64,000 bases of DNA from a bacterium (GTDB lineage Bacteria > Zhuqueibacterota > Zhuqueibacteria > Residuimicrobiales > Krinioviventaceae). The DNA lies in the NCBI GenBank assembly GCA_963674595.2, contig CAXXFV010000023.1, forward strand, positions 160,001-224,000. Reading direction: 5' to 3'. The position numbers were made by a program, and so were the translations under genes. Shown in pieces: positions 57,201 through 64,000 of the stretch (positions are counted from its first letter, which is position 1; every line of letters starts with the position of its first letter). The notes under the pieces were generated by a model. It saw only the letters and a list, made by a program, of their open reading frames with translations. It searched no databases and had not been told where the DNA came from.

Positions 57201-60200
57201 GCGAACCGGGAAGTGGCTTAAAAGTTAATATCAGCAGCATTGATGTGACCGGTTTTCCATTGGTAAAATGTTATACTTCTGTTTTGGACTCTGCAACACT
57301 CAGCCCGATAACGGGATTGACATCAGCCAATTTTGCCGTTAAAGAAGACGGTACAACCGAGTCTCCCATTACCGTTGAAGAGGTTTCTTCGGAAACAGGC
57401 GGTAAAGCAGACATTGTTTTTGTATTTGATGTGACCGGCAGCATGGGCGGCGAAATTAATTCGCTTAAAGCTAAAGTACTTGATTTTGCCAATGCCCTGG
57501 AAAGTCGGGGTATCGATTACAGACTTGCACTGGTGACCTATGGTGATAAAATTCGCGATGTTTTTGATTTTACGGCCGATGCAGAAGAGTTTAAAACCTG
57601 GGTGGAAGGTCTCAGCGCTTCCGGTGGTGATGATTCAAAAGAGAATTCTTTAGAGGGTCTGGCGCGTGCTACAGACCTCAGTTATAGGGCAGTGTCTCAA
57701 CGATTAACAATTTTAATTACCGATGCAGATTATCACGAAGCCGGCGAAACCGGAAATGGTACCACAACTTATACCACAGAAACCATGGTGGAATTATTAA
57801 AGAGCAAGAGTATCGTTAATAATGTTGTCGGACCGGACTATACACAGTATCATCAGCTCGCAGAAGATACGGGCGGACTGTATTTTAATATTTCAAGTGA
57901 TTTTGAAACAATTATTGATATGCTCGGAAATATTATTTCCTCTCAATATATCGTTTCCTATACCACACATAATACCTCTGTTAATAATACCTGGCGATAT
58001 GTTAATGTAAATGCCACATCATCCGCTAAAACCGGATATGATGACGGCCGTTATTATATCGGCACAGCTACAGATAATGTTTCCTCATTTTACGCCTATG
58101 CTGTTGATTACAGTCATATTGTGTGCCGCTGGTATAATCCGGCGGATACGACCTTTTCCGGCGTTCGGGTATTACGTAAACAATCCGGATACCCGACAGG
58201 CCCGGCAGATGGCACGGTTGTTTATGAAGGCACGGCATCCGGTTTTATGGATAGCGGTTTGGACGCAAATACGCGTTATTACTATGGCGCCTTTGCTTAT
58301 AATCTTGCCGGTGTTTATTCGGCTGCCACCGTATATTCTCAGGATTGGGCTGTAACCTACAATGATGAGGAAATCGGGACCGGATGGAAAACACTTGCCA
58401 GTGGAACAACAAATGATCTTATGGCTGTTACAGGTGCCGATTCATTCTATGTGTGGGCTGTTGGAGATAACGGAACAAGTTTAAGATCAGCCGATGGCGG
58501 TTCAAACTGGGCAAATCATCCGACCAGTAATTCTACCGACCAGTTAAAAGATGTTTCTTTTGTCAGCCAAAATACCGGTTGGCTGGCTGGTGTCTCTTCG
58601 TCCGGGGCCGCATTGATCTATAAATCCGGTAATACCGGCGTGAACTGGTATTCCTGGAGCAGTAGCTCTTCTGCTGCCTTGTGGGCCAACTGTTATGTTA
58701 ATGATCTATACGGCTGGAATGTCGGTGCAAACGGAAAAATTGAAAAGACTGTTAACGGAGGTGGTTCTTATTCTGCATTGACCAGCGGTGTTACGGAAAC
58801 ACTGTACGATGTGTGTTTTATAAACAGTAAAACCGGTTGGGCTTCCGGTGCAAACGGTAAAATTATAAAAACCAGTGACGGCGGTAAAACATGGTCCGCA
58901 CAATCCAGTGGCGTATCGTCAATTGTTTACAGCATTCATTTTCAAAACGCATTTTACGGCTGGGCCGCAACAGGAGACGGCAAAGTATTACGAACAGTTG
59001 ATGGCGGTAATAGCTGGACCAGCTCAAGTTTAACCACGACTGCACTGGAAGGTATCCATTTCAGTGATCCTTTAAATGGTTATGTCGTCGGTGCCGGCGG
59101 AAAAATATATGGAACGACAGACGGTGGAACAACCTGGGAAAAAGAGGACGTCGCTGTTACCAATAATTTACACGATGTTTACCTCATTTCACCCTATTGG
59201 GGTTGGGCCGTTGGTGATAACGGAACTATTCTTCGTTTGCAAAAATCAAGTGCTGCCGATGCCTATAAAGGTTATCATGTAAACATTAGCAGTATTGATG
59301 CTGAAGCATTTCCTAAAATTAAATGCTTTGTTACGGTCATTGATACGACCGGTGGTGAATATGAGTTTGCAACCGGTCTCACAAGTGATCATTTTACATT
59401 GGCTGAAGACGAAACAAATGAATCACCGCTGACGGTTTCTCAGTTAAGCTCTTCATCCGGCGCACGTGCGGATATTGTGTTTGTGTTTGATGTTACCGGA
59501 AGTATGGGTGATGAAATTAACGGTCTTAAAGAACGGGCAGTAAATTTTGCCGATGTTCTCGCTGCAAAAGGCATTGATTACCGCCTGGGACTTGTAACTT
59601 TTGGCGATGAAGTTCAAGGTGTTCATGATTTTACGGATGATATTAGTGAGTTTAAAACATGGATCGAAGCACTCTCAGCCAGCGGCGGTGCAGATTCCAA
59701 AGAAAATGCTTTGGAAGGTTTGGAACGTGCGACAACACTCAGCTTCCGTGGAGTCACCCAGAAAATAGCGATTTTAATTACAGACGCCGACTACCATGAG
59801 GCCGGAGAATCCGGTGACGGTACCACAGACCAAACAACAACATCAATTATAACTTTATTGAATAGTCAGGCTATCGTAACCAATGTAGTTGGTAAAGATA
59901 TCACTGAATATCACCAAATCTCAAGCCAGACCGGTGGATTGTTCTACAATATAAATGGTGATTTTCAATCAATTGTCGATCAGATTAGTGACAGAATTTC
60001 CACACAATATGTTGTAACTTATACGACCCATAATTCCACAGCCGACAGCCGTTGGCGGGACGTCGCACTTGTAGTTCAAAACGGCACGTTGGCCGGTTAT
60101 GACAGTGGACAATATTATGTCGGCACTTCAAAATTGGCCATGAGCCCGACAAACCTGATTGGTATAGTAAACAGCACTTTTACCATTCAAATAAATGTGG

Positions 60201-61504
60201 AATCTATAATAAATCTTGGTTTGTGTAATTTAAAAGTCGCTTTTGAACCGGCAAAATTTGAGGTTGTAGAAGCCACAGCAGGAGATTTTCTCAAACAAGA
60301 CGGCGCTTCTGATCCGCTATTTTTGCCGACCATAAATAATGCGGCTGGAACCGTTGAAATTAATACAACGCGAATCGGAACAACCTCCGGTGCCAGCGGA
60401 AATGGTACATTGGCGACCATAAAATTTAAAGTGCTTTTGGAAAACTGTACCGGTGATCTTTCATTCGCCTCCGTGAACCTGAGAACTCCGGATAACGCGT
60501 CCATCCTTGTAACAACACAGGGAACACATATCGACGCGGTTGTATCAGCCGGATTGTTGGGCGATTTTGACAGCGATTATGATATCGATACGCGTGATTT
60601 TGCCCTGTTAGCCACCTATTGGAAACCGGCTAACTCCAGCACCGGCGACATTGGTCCGGCTTCAGGTACTCCGCCTACACTAACGCCTGCACCGGATGGA
60701 GTGGTTAATTTTGAAGATTTGTTTGTCTTTACCCGCATGTGGAACTGGTATCATGAAACGGTTACACCATCTCTGGCCAAAACCCTGGCCGGACAGACAC
60801 AGCTTGAATGGCGAATTGACAACAACTCTTCTAACACCAATAAAGTTTGTATCGATTTATGGGCTGAAAATGTAAACGATCTGTCGATGGGACACCTTGT
60901 TCTGAAATATGATGCCGCATCCTTAAGCGGACTGACTGTGAAACAGGGTCAGTTATTGACAAATGATAACAGCGGATTGGCATTCCTGGTTGATCAAAAC
61001 CGTAATGCCGGAGTGGTTGACCTGGCTTTTGCACGGTTACCGCAAAAAGGCCAGAATGCGGCTGTTCGCGGCAGTGGTGTTATCGCCCGATTTGAACTTG
61101 ACAAGCACCAGATAACAGGCAACTCTTTTATAGAACTGGAAACAGTTGATTTGAGAAATGTGGAAAATAACACGCTTTCCATCAATGCTATTCAGCCCTT
61201 GTCATTAAGTTCTGTTGAATTACCGACAAGTTTTTCACTGGATCAAAATTATCCAAATCCATTTAATAGTCGTACAACATTTCAATTTAAACTGCCACAG
61301 GATTCACCTGTTGTTGTTCAAATTATAAATATCCTTGGTCAACCGGTACGAACAATCGTCGATGGGCGGTTGGAAGCCGGTATCCATAAAGCAGTATGGG
61401 ATGGAAAAAATGATTATGGACAGGAAGTGGTAAGTGGTGTTTATCTTGTACGTATGAAAGCTGATAATTTTAATCAAACCCGTGAAATTTTATTCTTGAA
61501 ATAA
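54293..61504 (+). CDS. 2403-aa secreted multidomain surface protein (Ig, laminin-B-like, carboxypeptidase-regulatory-like, YfaP-like, PKD, 2x VWA, FN3, BNR/Ycf48 propeller, cohesin-dockerin-cohesin, FlgD-like CTD)
   Basis: Signal peptide; SPNGGE; LNWGESPSDLD..GPETITI; WQWDF..NPSHVY; two DIVFVFDVTGSM; repeated TxDGGxxW Asp-boxes; ASGNGTLATIKFKV; GDFDSDYDIDTRDF; LDQNYPNPFN..SGVYLVRM. Confidence 0.9.
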   Translation: MKRILYPVLFVLTVLLIYSIPSFGQVQEKAIDNKALEVGQVNHTLAEQTIVGDSLKIKVWDNLQMQIWKWQDGAWSHQVYEPYGTDPAGHKGFKLFYNENNMASYYTGNEPTPVSNTLTDDHTIVSVVEKDNMRITQTVTYANGQNYYSVRWDIQNNTSSVIDSVKFLAGEDTYFAGSDNGMGYYDASRKMVYVKNTQGGETGIMGFYGIEPTPATSYIEAYYSNVKVAVAAGILPNTVNPLNVDAGYALGWRMNNMEPGQTWTIYAREVFQNVAFDDEPPSVTVNSPNGGETLYAGVNASINWTATDNRSVEQVDIYYSTDNGENYTNIVSGYANTSPYTWAVPEGLSSSQCLVKVTAYDASFNSSTDVSDAVFTISETAPSTTMTAEYGPPTVANEWQKFTIPLTHTSFGVDEATFEYILSSVYQFRIRTEMHSGDDVGSLDDVTVGTLYSSDFASDLEGWSAAGDGTMGWVATGGVSDGYLQVNDWASGDWHWAVAPAGWIGDWRGQIGNNIEFYFKTDHPSSAAYVEISRDEYNRLVLSADPQTLSAGGNSTVRVTAYPAPSTDLTIGLNSSDTGCIDVPDNVVINGGQSYVEFTAGAVGATGGCSSVLTATATDYSTSRLTLNVQEGSASGTATLTGRVTSATTGDGIPNATVRIGDLTTTTNENGDFTLTNVPISGVSANFSGTPQSGTAPLTVQFTDLSSAGYQTVQVSADGYISSETAVVLTGGGTVTQDFSLSPTLTDDEFRLVLNWGESPSDLDIYLKTPEIDGTEYVISWQNEGTLTAAPWAALDHDDMYSYGPETITINKVSDGTYKCYIHNYSGSPDISTSNAVVQIYGKTGLLNTVTIPTVGTGRYWHVCEIDGATGNISITNTISNDPPAMPGFEMPVLAEKKVQPRARGIAPQTNDIVSWQWDFENDGMYDSELQNPSHVYTTSGYYSVKLRVFDGTDYYTRVREEYIHVISSSEPGSGLKVNISSIDVTGFPLVKCYTSVLDSATLSPITGLTSANFAVKEDGTTESPITVEEVSSETGGKADIVFVFDVTGSMGGEINSLKAKVLDFANALESRGIDYRLALVTYGDKIRDVFDFTADAEEFKTWVEGLSASGGDDSKENSLEGLARATDLSYRAVSQRLTILITDADYHEAGETGNGTTTYTTETMVELLKSKSIVNNVVGPDYTQYHQLAEDTGGLYFNISSDFETIIDMLGNIISSQYIVSYTTHNTSVNNTWRYVNVNATSSAKTGYDDGRYYIGTATDNVSSFYAYAVDYSHIVCRWYNPADTTFSGVRVLRKQSGYPTGPADGTVVYEGTASGFMDSGLDANTRYYYGAFAYNLAGVYSAATVYSQDWAVTYNDEEIGTGWKTLASGTTNDLMAVTGADSFYVWAVGDNGTSLRSADGGSNWANHPTSNSTDQLKDVSFVSQNTGWLAGVSSSGAALIYKSGNTGVNWYSWSSSSSAALWANCYVNDLYGWNVGANGKIEKTVNGGGSYSALTSGVTETLYDVCFINSKTGWASGANGKIIKTSDGGKTWSAQSSGVSSIVYSIHFQNAFYGWAATGDGKVLRTVDGGNSWTSSSLTTTALEGIHFSDPLNGYVVGAGGKIYGTTDGGTTWEKEDVAVTNNLHDVYLISPYWGWAVGDNGTILRLQKSSAADAYKGYHVNISSIDAEAFPKIKCFVTVIDTTGGEYEFATGLTSDHFTLAEDETNESPLTVSQLSSSSGARADIVFVFDVTGSMGDEINGLKERAVNFADVLAAKGIDYRLGLVTFGDEVQGVHDFTDDISEFKTWIEALSASGGADSKENALEGLERATTLSFRGVTQKIAILITDADYHEAGESGDGTTDQTTTSIITLLNSQAIVTNVVGKDITEYHQISSQTGGLFYNINGDFQSIVDQISDRISTQYVVTYTTHNSTADSRWRDVALVVQNGTLAGYDSGQYYVGTSKLAMSPTNLIGIVNSTFTIQINVESIINLGLCNLKVAFEPAKFEVVEATAGDFLKQDGASDPLFLPTINNAAGTVEINTTRIGTTSGASGNGTLATIKFKVLLENCTGDLSFASVNLRTPDNASILVTTQGTHIDAVVSAGLLGDFDSDYDIDTRDFALLATYWKPANSSTGDIGPASGTPPTLTPAPDGVVNFEDLFVFTRMWNWYHETVTPSLAKTLAGQTQLEWRIDNNSSNTNKVCIDLWAENVNDLSMGHLVLKYDAASLSGLTVKQGQLLTNDNSGLAFLVDQNRNAGVVDLAFARLPQKGQNAAVRGSGVIARFELDKHQITGNSFIELETVDLRNVENNTLSINAIQPLSLSSVELPTSFSLDQNYPNPFNSRTTFQFKLPQDSPVVVQIINILGQPVRTIVDGRLEAGIHKAVWDGKNDYGQEVVSGVYLVRMKADNFNQTREILFLK
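57215..60124 (+). repeat. Internal duplication of a ~280-aa Ig-VWA unit (57215-58063 and 59270-60124)
   Basis: Both copies share VNISSID..FP..KC..V.D, ADIVFVFDVTGSMG.EIN.LK, GIDYRL.LVT.GD, SASGG.DSKEN.LEGL.RA, ILITDADYHEAGE.G.GTT and SQY/TQY.V.YTTHN. Confidence 0.9.
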
Positions 61505-61534
61505 TTTCGCCTGATGTGCACCTACCATGAAACG

Positions 61535-61565
61535 AGGGTTAACCTGCAAAGGTTAACCCTTTTTT
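61535..61565 (+). terminator. Terminator after the giant gene
   Basis: AGGGTTAACCT-GCAA-AGGTTAACCCT-TTTTT. Confidence 0.88.
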
Positions 61566-62484
61566 ATTGATTAAAATTGTTCCACCAGTTTAAAATCCGC
61601 AAAGCGATGAGGGTGTTTATTCGGCTGGGTTGACCTGCTTTTTCCAGTTCAAACCAGATTTTCCCGGGGTGGTTTTGCTGAAGCGGCCATCGGTTGTTTT
61701 TTTGTTTATGTTTTAAAAGATCAATCGCATCACAAAAACGTGGATCATAGGGATGGTTTATTTTTTGAAAATAATCAAGCGCTGTGTGTACATGATAATA
61801 CCAATGAGTCGGGTAGGAAAGTCGTGTCATACGGTTGCTGACAATTTCACCTGTTTTATGCGATTTGAACAACCGGTGTTTTAGCAGAAAACCATGCGCT
61901 CGTGATTGTATTTTTCTAATCCCGGGTATTTGTTCGGGATACAACTTTTCATACTCGTATAAACTTTCCAATACCAATAAAGTCGTATGAAAAGAGGCAT
62001 GAGTTGCTTTTCGGGGATATTGGCAATTCCATCCTCCATCCGGCATTTGTTGTTCTTTTAAATGAGAAAAAATATATTCCAGGTGTAAACCTGTCAGTTG
62101 AAAATAACAAAACATTGTCAGTGACATGGCTGTAACACATGTTTCCCCATCAGGATAATTTTTCCAATAACTGATGCTGCCGTTTGGCCTTAAACCTTTT
62201 TCCAGCAATATGTTGCAGGCTTTTAACGCCTGTTTGTTATGCTGTGGCAGGCCCAATCTTTTTAACAATAAAAGTGTATAATGTGTGGATGTCCATTTTG
62301 GGGAATACAGGCTATTTGCCCATGTTCCGTCTGCGGACTGACAGTCGACAAGTTTTTTACACCAGCCTTGTTGCTCTGTTTTTAACTGTTCTGTTTTATA
62401 ATAAGGATCATTTAACAGGTCTTTATAGACTTGCCACCGAACTGCCGGGTCACCCTGCAGCAGCCATTCAATGGTGTTCTCCAT
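61564..62484 (-). CDS. Prenyltransferase/squalene-cyclase-like (alpha/alpha barrel) protein
   Basis: WLLQGDPAVR, QW-like motifs CQSADGTW and QQMPDGGWNC, LSYPTHWYY, GQPSRINT. Confidence 0.7.
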   Translation of the reverse strand: MENTIEWLLQGDPAVRWQVYKDLLNDPYYKTEQLKTEQQGWCKKLVDCQSADGTWANSLYSPKWTSTHYTLLLLKRLGLPQHNKQALKACNILLEKGLRPNGSISYWKNYPDGETCVTAMSLTMFCYFQLTGLHLEYIFSHLKEQQMPDGGWNCQYPRKATHASFHTTLLVLESLYEYEKLYPEQIPGIRKIQSRAHGFLLKHRLFKSHKTGEIVSNRMTRLSYPTHWYYHVHTALDYFQKINHPYDPRFCDAIDLLKHKQKNNRWPLQQNHPGKIWFELEKAGQPSRINTLIALRILNWWNNFNQ

Positions 62485-62503
62485 TATATTTCCTCAAACA
62501 GAA

Positions 62504-63049
62504 TTAAAAATAACGAGGTGTTTTTGATTTGTACTGTTGATATAAAGCACCGTATTTATTTTCTAAAAAGAGTTCTTCTTTTTTAACCATGTGGTTAGTT
62601 GAAAATATCCATATAAACAAGAAAATTATATAGATAAAGTTAATCAGATTTATATCCCACCCCATCAGAAAAATGCCGGTAAAGAAGAAAAAACCACCGA
62701 CATACATCGGATTTCGGGAATGACTGTAAAGGCCTTTAGTTATAATTTCGCGTTCTGATGAGCGAAAAGACAAGATAGAAAACAGAGAAACCAGTACTCC
62801 TGCGAGAAAGATAATAATTCCTAATGGTAATAATGTACTGTTTTTCAGTGGCATAAAGAATGTGCAGATAAATAACAGCAAGGTCGGAACAAATCCAATC
62901 ATTATCATTTCAGTTTGTGTTGTTGTGGAACGCATTTCAGGGTCTTCAATTGGCTGGTTTCGTTTTTTGTTTGTCCGGGCCATTGTTAACCATATAAGAG
63001 CATAACCTGACAGGAAAAAAATCCACAAGTTTGAAAATAGTGATTTCAT
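62504..63049 (-). CDS. Isoprenylcysteine carboxyl methyltransferase / PEMT family membrane protein
   Basis: IITKGLYSHSRNPMYVG...EELFLENKYG..Y..Y...TPRY. Confidence 0.85.
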   Translation of the reverse strand: MKSLFSNLWIFFLSGYALIWLTMARTNKKRNQPIEDPEMRSTTTQTEMIMIGFVPTLLLFICTFFMPLKNSTLLPLGIIIFLAGVLVSLFSILSFRSSEREIITKGLYSHSRNPMYVGGFFFFTGIFLMGWDINLINFIYIIFLFIWIFSTNHMVKKEELFLENKYGALYQQYKSKTPRYF

Positions 63050-63999
63050 ACTTTTTTAACCTTCCAATTTCCTTTTTTAAACCATAGTGCCATTAAAATT
63101 CCTTTAGCGGCTGTTGTGATGGCTATTGCCCACCAAATACCGGTGCTGCCCATATTAAAATAATCAGCAAAAAGAAAAGCGAGAGGAATACGCGCCCATG
63201 TTATGGGAACAGATATTAACATGGGAGGTATTGAATTTCCGGCACCGCTAAAAGCCCCTTCAAATACAACTTCAAAACCAAGAAATAATTCAAACAGGGC
63301 AACGATCTTGAGATAGTTTGTGCCTTCTCTGATAACCGCAGGATCGTTAATAAAAAGTTGAATGATTTGCGAACTGAAAAAATAAAAAATGACGCAAATA
63401 ATACCTAAAAACAGACTGGTTATTCCAACTGTCTGCCAGGCCGCTTCTTCTGCCTGTTTGATTTTTTGTGCCCCCATATTTTGCCCGACAAGTGTTGCCG
63501 CAGCAAATGAAAATCCAACGGATATAAAATAAGCAATACCTTCAACTCTGTGACCAAGGCCCAGTGCTGCCAGGGGCTCAGCTCCGTATCTTGTTATTAC
63601 AAAGGTAAGGAACATATAACTAACGCTGAACATAATTCCGCTCAAAGCAATGGGAGCGCCGATTTTTGCAATTCGCCATATAAGATTGGGATTTATCAAA
63701 CGGCCTGGTGTTTTCTCAAGAGAGATATTGACGTTTCTTTTAGTGAGTAAAAATATACTCCAAAAAACAATGAGACCATGAGAAATAACCGTTGCCAGGG
63801 CTGCTCCGGCTGCATCCATTTGCGGAAAGGGTCCGATACCAAAAATAAGTAAAGGGTCCAGCAGCATATTAAAAGTGAGGGCTATTGAAATTATTTTCAA
63901 CGGTGTTTTTGTGTCACCCATACCACGAAAAGCAGCATCTGTGGCAAACGAAACCGTTATCGTAATGAGCCCGATCAGGATGTAGGTCATATAATCCAA
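63046..63999 (-). CDS. MATE family efflux transporter, 5'-truncated by the window edge
   Basis: FRGMGDTKTP, NMLLDPLLIFG, GAALAT, IGAP, LVGQNMGA, GAGNS..PM, GIWWA. Confidence 0.9.
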   Translation of the reverse strand: MDYMTYILIGLITITVSFATDAAFRGMGDTKTPLKIISIALTFNMLLDPLLIFGIGPFPQMDAAGAALATVISHGLIVFWSIFLLTKRNVNISLEKTPGRLINPNLIWRIAKIGAPIALSGIMFSVSYMFLTFVITRYGAEPLAALGLGHRVEGIAYFISVGFSFAAATLVGQNMGAQKIKQAEEAAWQTVGITSLFLGIICVIFYFFSSQIIQLFINDPAVIREGTNYLKIVALFELFLGFEVVFEGAFSGAGNSIPPMLISVPITWARIPLAFLFADYFNMGSTGIWWAIAITTAAKGILMALWFKKGNWKVKKV

Positions 64000-64000
64000 T

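Noticed and set aside
58380-59240. Periodic sequence similarity in the giant gene
   Set aside because: Explained by BNR/Asp-box propeller blades.

Overview
A gene-dense, AT-rich bacterial chromosomal window. FlgD-like 'QNYPNPFN' C-terminal domains, the order rplM-rpsI-rpsB-tsf, canonical TTGACA/TATAAT-type promoters and AGGAG Shine-Dalgarno sites suggest an FCB-related diderm such as KSB1 or Calditrichota; this is an inference. In order, the window holds: two response regulators and a His-less pseudo-kinase leading a type IV pilus/T2SS-like operon (PilT, PilM-PilN fusion, PilO-like, secretin); a membrane MutS-V protein; a UroD-family gene, selA and an MFS gene; tRNA-Lys(CTT); nadE; a short UDP-sugar/polysaccharide export operon; an SSS transporter, M24 peptidase and four-helix bundle protein; lysA; OmpA; pyrRBC; rplM-rpsI-[S2 leader]-rpsB-tsf-pyrH-frr; and several surface-protein genes. 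The best candidate for an undescribed system is a non-cellulosomal cohesin-dockerin surface-assembly system at two loci. Locus 1 (27.7-33.1 kb) has an S8 protease and an FN3 adaptor that share a ~210-aa C-terminal module ending in symmetric dockerin-like repeats, next to a small putative cohesin-like carrier with a secretion CTD. Locus 2 (51.3-61.5 kb) has SH3/Ig proteins, a cohesin lipoprotein and a 2403-aa multidomain protein. That protein carries cohesin-dockerin-cohesin-CTD, an apparently circularly permuted laminin-B domain and an interleaved split PKD domain. Several surface-protein genes have sigma54-type promoters. No CRISPR array, IS element, integrase or reverse transcriptase was seen. 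All domain calls come from motif recognition by eye, not from database searches.
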